From Andalucia godoyi And28 (Eukaryota; Protista; Jakobida), in assembly GCA_009859145.1 (NCBI GenBank), contig VRVR01000050.1, positions 62,001-126,000 on the forward strand: a stretch of 64,000 nt of DNA, given 5' to 3'. The position numbers and the translations under genes were made by a program. Shown here one piece after another: positions 20,370 to 31,843 of the stretch. Position 1 is the stretch's first letter. The number at the start of each line of letters is the position of its first letter. The notes beneath the pieces were generated by a model. The model was not told the DNA's origin, ran no database searches, and was given only the letters and a program-made list of their open reading frames with translations.

Positions 20370-22002
20370 TTAGAGAGATGGGAGGAAGCGGGCACTGGCT
20401 TTGCCATCCGCGGCAGGGAGACGCTTGTGGATTGATTCTGCGGAGGATTCCAAGACAAAAGGAGTCAGAAGCAGTTTGTGAAGCTTTGTGAGCAAAAAAC
20501 GCAGAACAGACTCGCGTTCTTCGGGACTCCACAGCTCGACATGCCGAAGGACAGAGTAGTAGAATCCTCCGCTAGACACCGACGACGATGACTGCGGCGA
20601 AGGCGCAGAAGAGAATCCGGCTTGCTGCAGCTGGACTTCCATATCATTCACTGCAACGAGCAGGAACCGCGTTGCGACGCACTGCAGTTCGGTCAGTTTA
20701 GTTGTTGTTTGTTCGCGTTGCTGTGCAATCGCTTGCGACTCGCTGAGCTTGGATTCAAGCTCGAGAACTCGCTGACTGAGCAGTCCGTTTTCTGCGAGCA
20801 GAGCATCTCGGTCTCGAGCATTGAGCGAGGTGGATACGTAGGTGTCGTGCAGCTCTTCGAGGTTCTTGCGCTGCTGCTGGGATGCTTTAAGGTCTTGCCC
20901 AAGCTCTTCGATAATGCGCTCCTTTTCGACAAGTTTCTGAATCCATATTTCCTGCTCTTCCTTCAGTGACGAAGAGAGGATTCTGCTGCTCTTGACCCTG
21001 CTTGCCAGGCTGTCGTTGTCGTGGATGGACTGTGTCAGATCTTTGCTCATCATCTGCAATGACCGGAGCAGCCGCTCGTTCTCGAGTCGGATCTGCTTCA
21101 CGGACTCCTGCACCCTGGCCTCCACAAGTTCATCGATTCTTTTCCGACTGTCATCTCCCACATCCTTGATCTGCATCTCCATTTCTGCCTTTTTCTTGCT
21201 CAAGCTTTCCTCGTACTCCTTCTTCAGCACCTCCTTTTCAGCCTTCAGCCGCCGAGCAACATCACGAGCATGCATAAGATCCTTCTCCAAGGCAGGAACA
21301 CGCTGGATTATCCGCTCCTGTTCCTCCAACTTCCATCGAAGCTCCATCACGACCGCTTCATGTTTCTCCGTCGTCTCGGCCACTTTTTGCTGGATCCGCT
21401 CATCAACCCGCTCCACCTGCTTTTGCAGTGCTTGGATCGTATCGTGAAGTCCTCCTACAGACTGCTTCTCTCGCCGGAGCTCCTCGTTGGAGCTTCGACT
21501 CTCTCTCAGCAGATGCTGGAAAATCTCCTTCTGCTGCGCCATCTGCTCCTTGAGAGTGCGGTCCAACAGCTCATTTTCAAGCAGTATTCGCTTGTTATCT
21601 TGTGTCCTGACCGGGCAAGGATTCACCCAGAAGAAGAAAAAAAAGATGAGCATTCCAAATCCCAGCAACAACAACCAAAAGGGGATCAGGGAACAGGCTA
21701 AAGAAACTCACATACAGTTTGTGCAGTCGTTCCGCAAGTGAGCTCTGCTGCACCTCGCTTCGAGCGACGAGAAATTCCGGTGTTCTGTGAATGCATGCAT
21801 GCAGATTAGTCCACGACTGTTGTCATTTACTGATTCTTTTCTTTTTTTCTCTTTTCTTTGTTGTTGTTGTTTCACTCTTTGCACTACTCCTCAGTGAGAG
21901 GTGGTGAAAGAGAAACCGTTCGATTCAAGGAAACACATACAGTTCGGCAACATCTTCCTGCGCGTCCTTTTTCTTTTTCGATTCTTTTTGCGTTGGAGGC
22001 AT
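20370..22002 (-). CDS. CFAP157: CFAP157-like ciliary coiled-coil protein; exons 22002-21941, 21784-21716, 21606-20370
   Basis: Two GTATGT introns splice in frame (MPPTQKESKKKK...EL-TPEFL...HKL-TQDNK). KEIFQHL, IRLENERLLRSL and ERESVLRFLLTKL fit the CFAP157/BBOF1 family. Confidence 0.65.
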
Positions 22003-22449
22003 CCTCGTGGAATGCTAATGTGACGATACACAACTATCCGGTTTGTTTTTTGGATAATAACGTCTTTTTATTTGAAAGCAAAGTGAAAACGAAACCCTGG
22101 GATAATCCGTTTTTGACCATCACAAAACACACAGCCTTTTTCTCGATCTGTCGTATGCGGGTTGCGACTCTCATTTTGGATGTGTGCGTACAACCGGCAA
22201 CTGCGAAGAAAAAATGATGACGGAGCAAGCATTCTGGAAACCGGAGGCAAACACGACGACGAAATGGAAGAAGAACAAAAAGAGGAAGAATGAATTAGAA
22301 AACTATGTAATGTACAAGAACGGGAAAGAGACAAGACGAGGTGCATTGAAACTGGAAATCAAAACGAAAAAAATACAGTCATCGACCAACAAACAATATG
22401 AGAAAACATAATGAGATCATCATCGAGGATTCATGGTGGGGGGTTTTCT

Positions 22450-23667
22450 TCATCTGCCGACTACTTGTCTGCGATGGCCAACCATTTGCAGGACTGCGTC
22501 TTGCATCGCTTGCGAATCCGCAAGACCCGATGTCCATCGTTGCGGGAGTCCGCTTAGACCGTGTGCGGCGCCAAACAACGCCCCCAACACAGCTCCTCGG
22601 TGACAGTTATCTCCGCCGACCATTGTGTTGGCCACAAGTCCAGCTTCAGGATCCGCCGCATACTTTGTTGCGAGCGTGAGCACAGCCGGAAATGAGTCCA
22701 AGATGTAGCATGCTGGTGAATAGAGTCTTCCGACAATCGTGAAGTCATTCACATTCTCAGAATTCGGTTGGATTTCGGTTCGAAACGAAGGCCACGCAAG
22801 AGAGATTGCGTTCGTTAGAACCTTGTCACTGCTACTATTGCTACCACTACTAATACTACTACTACTACTACTATTGTGAGTATGCGCTCGCTCAAGAACT
22901 TCGCTGCCGTCTCCGCTGCGGACACCCGGATAGGCATCGAAAATGCCGTACAAAATCTCCACGGTTACGGAAACGGCATGCAGTACAGAGTTGTCTGTGT
23001 GAGTGTACTGGACATGCTCCCGAACTCGTTGCTTCCCATCTGCAAGAGACAATCCGTGGGAGTGCGCCCAGACGGTCATCACAGCCACATGCGAAAGCCC
23101 TCCAATGTGCACGTCATCCAATCCGCAGCGTTTCGGATCTTCATTCTGCGCGTAATTCACAAAGAACCCTCTGTGGTACTCCTCGAGATATGTGTCGCGG
23201 TGACGGTTCGGTACCGTCAGATAGTCGATGTACCTTGCAAGATAATCGTCTGGGTTGTAAAGACCGCGGTTTTCCACGATGGACAACACTAACAGTCGTG
23301 AAAGTTGCAAATTAAGCGTATTCTCACCAGCTCTCAAGAACTGGTGATAGTGAATGTTGTGGCCACCAGGTCCCCAAAACCGTTTTTGATCATGCAGGAT
23401 ATCAATCCGTCCTCGATACACTGATCTCGCCAAAATGGAGTTTGGATGCGGATTTTGCGGGTCGAAAAACGTGAATGACCGAACGAGATTTTCCGGAAAC
23501 ACGCAGTTTCGAGCGCTGGATGAGCTGCGATGCGACGGGAATTTCCGCTCGACCACCGTACGCAGCGAGGTTGTATCATAGAACCAATGCACAGGCATCC
23601 CCAACGCATCTCCAATCAGGGCCCCAAGGACACATCCCACGTACCGATCCACAATCTCTGCACTCAT
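22450..23667 (-). CDS. ADP-ribosylglycohydrolase family protein (GENT / GGDNCHRG subtype)
   Basis: GALIGDALGMPVHWFYD, AGENTLN, DSFPAVL, NTMVGGDNCHRGAVLGALFGA; ATG at 23667. Confidence 0.9.
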   Translation of the reverse strand: MSAEIVDRYVGCVLGALIGDALGMPVHWFYDTTSLRTVVERKFPSHRSSSSARNCVFPENLVRSFTFFDPQNPHPNSILARSVYRGRIDILHDQKRFWGPGGHNIHYHQFLRAGENTLNLQLSRLLVLSIVENRGLYNPDDYLARYIDYLTVPNRHRDTYLEEYHRGFFVNYAQNEDPKRCGLDDVHIGGLSHVAVMTVWAHSHGLSLADGKQRVREHVQYTHTDNSVLHAVSVTVEILYGIFDAYPGVRSGDGSEVLERAHTHNSSSSSSISSGSNSSSDKVLTNAISLAWPSFRTEIQPNSENVNDFTIVGRLYSPACYILDSFPAVLTLATKYAADPEAGLVANTMVGGDNCHRGAVLGALFGAAHGLSGLPQRWTSGLADSQAMQDAVLQMVGHRRQVVGR

Positions 23668-23989
23668 GCTGTTGCTGCTGCTGCTGCTGTTGCTGTTGCT
23701 GTTGCTGTTGCACCTGAACTCTGACTCTGAAACTGCAGTCTTACCCAAAAAGAGAATACTATGGATTTTATTATTATTATTATTATTATTCACATCTCAA
23801 ACAGGAGAAGAAAAAAACAGAATGAGCAATCTGCAAAGATGATGACGAGGAAGAAGAAGGACCCGACTTCAACTTGACAACAGAAGAAAAAAGAACGCTT
23901 GATGCATCAAGTGACGCTAACAGTCAGGGGGGGTGTATTTTGGTTATTGCTTGCTGTAGCCGTTGTCTTCTTGTTGTTTCGGGCATCGG

Positions 23990-24373
23990 ATGAAAGAAGA
24001 CGGGGGGAGGGGATACATGCTGCTTAGTGTGTATGTAAAGCCAAATGCATCATCGACGAGGATCCAGAGCATTGTGAGACTCGCGCCGCAGCCCACGTCT
24101 GCGTCTGCACGACAGCAGGGAGCCTTCGAAAAAAAGCCCGGCACTCGTGGCAGTCCTTTTGCACGGCTTGAGGTCGCGTTGGCTGCGCAGCCGCAGGACA
24201 ACGAGGCGAACACGGCGCTGATCCAGATGCTCGCTGACACGTTCAAGGTCCCGAAATCCAGCATTGAAATCACTCGAGGACTCGCAAGTCGGGAAAAACT
24301 CGTCCGCTTGAGGCTGCTTGAGGACGCAGAGGCTGCCATGCAGTCGCTTGCAGCCTTGATTCTTGGGCCTTGA
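23990..24373 (+). CDS. DUF167/YggU (UPF0235) protein
   Basis: VYVKPNAS, VALAAQPQDNEANTALIQMLA, IEITRGLASREKLV. Confidence 0.9.
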   Translation: MKEDGGRGYMLLSVYVKPNASSTRIQSIVRLAPQPTSASARQQGAFEKKPGTRGSPFARLEVALAAQPQDNEANTALIQMLADTFKVPKSSIEITRGLASREKLVRLRLLEDAEAAMQSLAALILGP

Positions 24374-24610
24374 ACCCCGGGCTTGAACCTTTGATGCTTC
24401 GTCTGCAAATTCCCCGCCCACGGGGTATCAGTTCAAATTTTCTATTGCGCGCCTTTTGGTGTTGTTTATTATTTGCTTCGTATATATACATATGTTATTA
24501 TTATTTTTAATAAATTTATTTATTCGTCAGGATTTTGGGGGGGAGAGCCAGCTCAATCCGATGCATATGTGCTTTGGCTGATCAAATCCCCACCAAAGAA
24601 AAACAAAAGA

Positions 24611-25136
24611 ATGGGCGCGGAAAGTTCAAAAGAACCGCTGTTGCTGGAAGACTCGGTCAAGACTCTTTCGAAGCTTGTAAAGCACGAACCTTCGTCGCTT
24701 AACGTGTCCCAGTACACTATTTTACGGATTTCAGGTACGCCGTTATCATCCTTACCATTATCATTTAATATCCCTCCCCGTTTTCTCGCATCTTTTTACA
24801 CTCCTTGGATTCGCTTACTTGTCTTGTTTTGTGTGTGCTGAACGGATGATACTGACGATGATGACTAGATGTGGCAAAGTTGGAAAAGACGGTTGCGTCG
24901 CTGGATGCGCTTGCGGTTGCGCCGATTCATACGGTTGTGATTCGTGGATTAACGGACGTTTCTGTTGCGGAACTTCACAGAATTGTCTTGGCGCTCTGCA
25001 GGAACGTGAATGTCAGAAAACTCTCGATTGAAAATTGCTCGTTTCCGTTCAAAACAGACTTTCGTATCGAAGCACCAGTGGAAAAGGCACGATTTGCGTC
25101 GATTTCCATTCAACGTACGTTTTCCACCTCCAATTC

Positions 25137-25173
<37 letters not shown>

Positions 25174-27487
25174 CCCCTCCCCCTCTTTTAATGCGGGCTG
25201 CAATTCATTGGACATTACGGGTTTTTCATCTTGGTACTGATGGCCTTTTCGTGTCTTTTTTTATTTTAATTTTTTTAAATTATTATTTATTTATTTTTTG
25301 CTTGGTTGCTGTTTTGTAGAAGGCGACCTTCCGCTGTTGTCGATGGATTGGATGGTGAAATCCGTGTTGGATCCGACATTTGTGAAGGAGGTGTTCATTG
25401 ATTTGACTCGGTGCATGTTTCCGTTAAAGCACGAGGAAAAGGAGGTGCTGACTGGAATGCACACGATCTTGAAATCCTGCATTGGGCTTCGCAGTTGTTC
25501 CTTGTCTGTTTCGACACCTGGAGAAGATTGGATCATATCAACACTGAATTTGGCATCGTCCCATCTTGGGTTGCAGGACTTTTCGCTTTCTGTCAGCGTG
25601 AATGACCATCTGGCCTCTGCATCGATTGCACAGGCAGCGTCCATGCTCACTCGAACCAATCTCAATTTGCAAAGACTGGCACTGTGGAATGTCACCAATG
25701 ATGGAGTTCGGGTGTTTCAGGCGCTTCAGCTGCGGGACAATGCTTCTGCAAAGAAGCTGGATCAGTTCGCCGCGTCTTCTCTTGTGTTTTCCGATGGGGA
25801 TCGAAGCGACAGTGGGATTTCGGATATTCTTGCCATTTTTGAAGGCTTGGCAACCGTCTCGCTCTCGATGATCCGATGCTCGTTTTCCCTGCGAATGTGG
25901 CAGCACCTGTTTCGTAGTTTGACCAGAGCAAAGAATGTTCGCGCAGTCAAGATAGGAGAATCGTCGTATGAGCCCGACTGTGAAGAAGACGATTTTGTCA
26001 TCCCCGTGCTTGCATTCTTGGATCTGAACCCCGTCATTGCATCTTTCGAAATCAAGGGACTGACAAAGTCTGCGGCAAAAGTTGACTCGCTGCTCTCCTG
26101 TGTGCACTCGTCGAATTTGACTCTGTCCACATTGCAGATTGAAAAGGTCAGGCTCCCGGCACCAGACGTTTCGTCATCATCGCCGTTGTCGTCATCCTCA
26201 TCGTCTTCCGAGGGGATCGTGTGTGCAAACAGGACGTGTGGACTCAATGCATTGTGGAGCGATGTCCGTGAGGCACCAATGACGCAGGTCCTTGTGCAGC
26301 GTATCCAAATTCTTGAGCTCTGGAGCAAGGCGCACCGCGACAACGTCTATCGCCAGGTGGTGGATTTTAAGCCTGCTGACCGCTTCGATTGGCTAAGCGT
26401 AGAACCTGCACAGATTGCACATCTGTGCACTGGGCTTGCTGCGCTGGACACTTTTGAGAGTCGCGATCTCGAGTATCTCTGGAGTCTTCTTGTTTCCCTA
26501 CGTTTTGCTCGGGCTCTGGGCTCTCCGTTGGCATCTCTTGCTGTTGCAGATATTCCGGTGGTCGTCATGCGCCGGTTCCCGCAAGATGTGAGTCGGCAGT
26601 TGATTGCTCAGCTCGTGTTCTTCTTTGCGACCGGGTGGATGTTTATCCCAACCAAGAATGTTGGCTCGTTTGAAGGAACAATGGTTTCTCTGTTTCCCGA
26701 ATGCAAGTTGGAGTACGTCACACGCACAGTCTCCGTCTCGAATTCCGTGGCTTCGGAAGATCCTAACGGCGATTCTCAGGTTTCTGAAATCGAGTATACC
26801 TTGATTGTGGATCCAAAGCAGCAGGATGAGATGCTGGCGCTTCGTACCGAGTCTCCAGAAGCGGTTTGGTTGGCATTCCTGAATGCATGCGCCGCTGCTT
26901 CAGACTGCACGAGCCCGACGATTCAGGTCGTGAACGCATCATCAACGCGAAAGCAAGATGCTGTAGCTTGCATCCCATTTTCTCTTGGTATGACTGTTCA
27001 CATGTTTCGCTTTCTGTTTCTGAATCAGTTTTCCTCGTCTCCTGCTGTGAACCGAACTCGTGGGGGCTCCGTTGGTGGTGCCTCGGATGTAGACCCCGGA
27101 CTGGAAGTCTATGAATGCCCATCCAGTTCTTGCGCGGTTTCAGTCCTCGATTATCTGGTGTTTGGAAGCACGCTGACGGAGGGTAACCTGAACTATTATG
27201 CTGCGACACTACCTGTGCTCCATTCCCTTGGGCTCGTGTGGAACATTGTCAATGCCGACGGTGTCATTGCTGAGCAGTTGTCCGGAATGATGAGCGAAGA
27301 CTATGTTCGATCCAAAAAGACCCTCGAATTCCAGTCGCTGTTTGAAACAACTTCGGAAATCGCGATGCCCTTCACCAGTTCCACAATGCAAGATCTGAGT
27401 GACCGCTTCTCAGCCCTCGAAGTCCCAAAGACTTCTCTCGGTCTGTGCAATTGCTTCCCTACAAAGTCACGCCAAGCAGACGACTGA
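24611..27487 (+). CDS. N-myristoylation-candidate LRR (RNI-like) protein with a possible C-terminal BTB-like domain; exons 24611-24734, 24869-25114, 25320-27487
   Basis: GTACGC and GTACGT donors with TAG acceptors join in frame; starts MGAESS; LRR-like LQRLALWNV, VRAVKIGES, LSTLQIEKV. Confidence 0.65.
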
Positions 27488-28264
27488 GAGCCGTGCACGG
27501 CAACAGTCTCTGTTGTTTGCGCTTTCCGTTTCCATTTTTTGACCTTTGGATATTTTGTTTTTAATCGGTAATCCTGTGTTTTTTAAGTACTGTTCCCTTT
27601 GTGGAGTTTTTGGTTGTTGTTTTTTTTCCCTTTCTTTTTTGGCGAATGAATGTCTTTATCCTATCGTCCTTCTTCTTTCTCATTGCCACTTTGATGTCCT
27701 TGTACTGAAAAACGATTCACTCCGACCTCCAAACTCTTGTCACTGCAGAAGCGCTACACAGTCATTTTGGAAGCTTGGATCGAAAAGGGCAGCACTGGAA
27801 CCTGCTGTACTTTTCACAACTGGCATCAAGCCGCAGTTAGAAAAAACTCTTATCTTTGAAATCCTTTTTCTTTTTCGCAGGCCATCAACGCGTCGTTTCA
27901 TTGACCCTGTGTTTCCTGCAGGCATGAACGTTTTCACTTCATAGACGAAGGATCCAGATGAAGCGCACAGCATAAACAACAGCGGACTGTCACTCACTGC
28001 TTGATTTGTTTTTGGGAATCGATGTGGGTTTTCCCCCCCCCCCCAACTGCTGCTTTTTAGTTTTGACTTGATGCTAGCGAGAGGGCTGGGGCCAAACAGG
28101 GTCCCAAAGAATGGTGGTGCGTGCAATGAAAGATGATGTACGACACGCTTTCTTGGTTGGTAGAGTGACTGAGAGACAGACAGACAGGCAGAGAGACAGA
28201 CAGAGAGAGAGAGAGAGAGAGAGAGAGGCGCGCGACTGACGGAACAACAGACGACTAGATTCAC

Positions 28265-28558
28265 ATGCTGTTTTTTTCATTCTTCAAGACTCTGCAAGGC
28301 CGCGAAATCATCGTTGAGCTCAAAAATGATCTTTCCATCAAGGGTGTGCTGCACTCAGTTGACCAGTATCTAAATGTGAAGTTGGAAGGTATTACGATTT
28401 CGGATCCGCTCAAATATCCACATCTTGCGTGCCTGAAAAACTGTTTCATTCGAGGCTCGGTTGTGCGGTACATCCAGGTTTCACCGGAGCACGTCGACGT
28501 CGAGTTTCTTCATGATGCCACTCGAAAGGAACTCGCGCAAGTCAAGGCCGAGCTATGA
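28265..28558 (+). CDS. LSM2: U6 snRNA-associated Sm-like protein LSm2
   Basis: MLFFSFFKTL...VELKNDLSIKGVLHSVDQYLNVKL...FIRGSVVRYIQ. Confidence 0.98.
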   Translation: MLFFSFFKTLQGREIIVELKNDLSIKGVLHSVDQYLNVKLEGITISDPLKYPHLACLKNCFIRGSVVRYIQVSPEHVDVEFLHDATRKELAQVKAEL

Positions 28559-28788
28559 ACCGGGGTCAGTGGCTGAGTGAAACAGCTCCAAGAAGAAAAG
28601 AAAAGCAAAAAAGGAAGAAGAAATAAATCAACTAAAAACCAAAACGTAAGTAACGAATGAATGAAGAAAGAACGCGAAGGATGATGATAAATATGAGGGT
28701 TTGTGTTTCTACAGGATACTATAACGAACCACGAGGGGGAGAACGTGTGATCTGTATATCCTTCATCTTCTTTTCCTGTCTCTTTGTT

Positions 28789-30750
28789 TTAGAGTGGGCG
28801 ATGAGTATCGGCAATCAGAGTATCGGCATCGAACACACGTCGGTCGTCGAGGAAAAACGGGAATAAATTATGTTTGCGGGTCTTGTGTGCGAATGCCGCA
28901 AAGAGTGTCCAGGCGATTTCAAGAATGAGCAGAGCCGCGTCGCGAGCGGGCATGGAACCGTCGGGCATGAAGGTGAAGGACTGTGCAGCGTTCTTGGTCG
29001 CTGGGTGTTCGCGGGCTGGCCGACTTTGCTTGAATCGTTTCCAGTTTGCGTTGAGAAGAGGAAGAAACGGAAAGGGATCGCCGTCGTCTGCATGCGGTGG
29101 CTCGCTGTCTGCTTCACTCAAATGAGATACCTCATCCGATTGCACACCGGGCTTTCCAACCGTCCCCGTCTTGACGCGATCCGCAAGGTTCATCTTCTTC
29201 TTCACTTCCGTTGTGTAGATTGTCAGCGCCAGATCAAAATGTTCTGCATGGTTACCACTGCCACTGTTCATGGAAGATGCTGCTGGTGTTGCGGACGACG
29301 ACGACGACGACGACGATGATGATGATGATGATGATGGTTTTGCCGAGACGTAGTACACGTCAATGCAGATGATATCCGCGATCGGATGGGCCTTAAAGTT
29401 GGATTCCTTGATGGTGGATGCATTCTTCCATTCGCACGTGTAGAAATGGTCCGAGGTAAGGATAAGCGTTCGCTTCTGCTTCTTCCCTCGCATGTTTTGC
29501 TTGACGATTCCCTGATACATCTTCAGAAAGATCGACTCCGGCGACAAGACAGACACGCGGTTCTTCATGATCCGCAGCAGCCCGGCGTCTGGCTTGTAGA
29601 ATCCAAGATGCGCCGCAGAAGACGAAGATGATGACGGTTGGTGACTGCCAATCAGATCCAGTACCGGTTTGAACCACAGCATGTCTATGCTCAGGTTTTC
29701 TCCGGAACGTGGTGCAAGGATTGTCGATTCAAGCAGCGAGTGTCGGTATTCCTTTGAACTCCCCAGCGCAGCCATCATGAAGATCCATCGAAGGTCCGTT
29801 TCGTCATAGATTCCTCCGTACGACCCGGGCTCCAAAACGAGGAACAAACACACACAACTTCCCCCGTTCTTGATTTCGAATCTCTTTTTTCCCATATCCA
29901 TTCCGGGGACCAGCGCAAGTCGGATTTCCTGGATTTTTGAGGCCACAATCTCCACAACCGCGTCGTTTTCAAACCGAGAAATGTCGATGAAGGCCCGAAC
30001 AATCTTGTCGGTGGAGAGCTTTCCGTTCTGTTCGTACAAGAATCGCAGGACCCGCTGCGCATCGTCCTCTGCATCCTCAAACGAACTCCAGTCCACCTCG
30101 ATTCTCGGCGCCTTACCTGCGTACGAAGGTCCAAAGCACCGCTCGATGAGCAACCGCACACTCGGCACAATCCCTTGCATAAATGATGCACCCTCGACCT
30201 CGGTCGCTAAATTCGTTCGAAACGCGTAGTACGTCGTGCAATACGAGAATCCGAAGGCTTCTTTCCCCCATTTCATCAGCAGCGTCGGCACATTTTCCAG
30301 TGTTTCCCCCGAGGCGTCGTCATACACCGAGTGCACAACCACGAACGAGACATCCAGATTTCGCTGGACGGCTGCATCAAATGTAATCCAAATTGATTTT
30401 GTCCGGGCTCTGAACACCGGCGCATACTGGACATCCGACAGTATGCGCTTCAACCCATCTGCACACAACAGCGATCGAAGCGCACCGATCGCAAGCCACT
30501 TGATTCCTCGTATTCTGACATTCGAGTCCAGCTTCATCACGGCGACAGACGGAGACGATGACGACGGCGCATTGCAATGGTGCTTGGGCATCGGTTTCTG
30601 GTACTCCTTGATCAACAACCGCGGGCTATCAGAGCTGCTTGCTAGAAGCGGTGCATAGTCTATTGTAATGGGAACATTCAGCATCTCGCGAACCTCGGAG
30701 ATCAGCTCCAGCGATTTTCCAGACACTTCGTTCAGCACCGCCTCCTCCAT
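28789..30750 (-). CDS. Hypothetical protein with a myosin-TH1/PH-like domain
   Basis: VKQNMRGKKQKRTLILTSDHFY resembles the K-x-N-x-RGK-x-Q-x-R-x-L-x-LT core of TH1/PH folds; no motor domain in the ORF. Confidence 0.6.
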   Translation of the reverse strand: MEEAVLNEVSGKSLELISEVREMLNVPITIDYAPLLASSSDSPRLLIKEYQKPMPKHHCNAPSSSSPSVAVMKLDSNVRIRGIKWLAIGALRSLLCADGLKRILSDVQYAPVFRARTKSIWITFDAAVQRNLDVSFVVVHSVYDDASGETLENVPTLLMKWGKEAFGFSYCTTYYAFRTNLATEVEGASFMQGIVPSVRLLIERCFGPSYAGKAPRIEVDWSSFEDAEDDAQRVLRFLYEQNGKLSTDKIVRAFIDISRFENDAVVEIVASKIQEIRLALVPGMDMGKKRFEIKNGGSCVCLFLVLEPGSYGGIYDETDLRWIFMMAALGSSKEYRHSLLESTILAPRSGENLSIDMLWFKPVLDLIGSHQPSSSSSSAAHLGFYKPDAGLLRIMKNRVSVLSPESIFLKMYQGIVKQNMRGKKQKRTLILTSDHFYTCEWKNASTIKESNFKAHPIADIICIDVYYVSAKPSSSSSSSSSSSSSSATPAASSMNSGSGNHAEHFDLALTIYTTEVKKKMNLADRVKTGTVGKPGVQSDEVSHLSEADSEPPHADDGDPFPFLPLLNANWKRFKQSRPAREHPATKNAAQSFTFMPDGSMPARDAALLILEIAWTLFAAFAHKTRKHNLFPFFLDDRRVFDADTLIADTHRPL

Positions 30751-31542
30751 CTTTACCCGTGTTCTCCGCTTCTTGCCTGCTGTTGTTTGGTGGTTGTCGC
30801 TTGTTGTTCTTGCTGTGTTGTCACTTTTCTCGTCCTATCCTGCCCCTTCTTCCGTCCCCTTCTCCTGTCCCCTTCTCCTGTCCTTTCCCCCACTTCTTTT
30901 CTAATATAATGAATTTAAAATTCAAAGCATGTCAGTGTAATGAAAAGAACTACAACAACAATCAAAAAAAAAAACCAGAACCGCAATTTGCTTGAATTGA
31001 TGCGCAAGACGAGGCGACGGACGGCCTTTTTTTACAGCTGGCGGCGGTTAGTTCTCCATTTGTTGAAGTTGTTTTGTTTTTGTGGTTCGTATGAGAGTTG
31101 AAAAGCCCCAATCCATGATTGGTGAATTCATCTGCTCGCCAAAACATGAATCATTATTGATCATCGGCTAAGCTGTCACCGAAGACAGATTCAGTTTGGG
31201 GCGAGCACCAACTCTATCAATGCAGATTGCTCTGCATCAGAGGGTCGTCGCAACCACGAGTTTCTTGGTTCTCGGCACCGTCGGGCATGGCCGGTCTGAG
31301 TTTGTTGGGAAGATCCCTCTTTGGAGCCACGAGATGTTTTGTCGCTGATGAAAAGTGCAGCTTGAGGGTTCGATTACATAAAACACAAACAGATAACTAT
31401 AGAAAGAAAGAGAAAAAAGTGAAGAAATACTGGACTTGACTACGGTGGGAACATCGCGTTCCACCGGGTTACATAAGAACCTTTTTCGGTTTGATGTTGT
31501 TTGTTTGAGCATAAAACGGTCATCCGTTCCCCGCACTCGCAT

Positions 31543-31545
<3 letters not shown>

Positions 31546-31631
<86 letters not shown>
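31546..31631. repeat. (CA)n microsatellite
   Basis: Uninterrupted CA run. Confidence 0.99.
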
Positions 31632-31636
<5 letters not shown>

Positions 31637-31843
31637 ATACTCGCTCACACACATATAGTATGATGAGATTATTTTATTTTATTTTAAGAATTGTACAGTA
31701 TTAGAGAATCGAAGGCAATCAAGTACCAGTCGGTTTGCCGAAACACGCGATAGTTTCATAACTAGCCACAGGAATCAACGTTAGTCAAGGCGTAATTTAT
31801 TTATTTCAAGAATAATTTTTTGGAAAAGGATTTGGAAAAGGCG

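Noticed and set aside
27800-27840. tRNA-like T-arm (GCAGGTTCCAGTGCTGC, minus strand)
   Set aside because: The stem is mismatched and no acceptor or anticodon arms can be folded.
31237-31704. CV/HT-repeat ORFs
   Set aside because: Translation artefacts of the (CA)n microsatellite.
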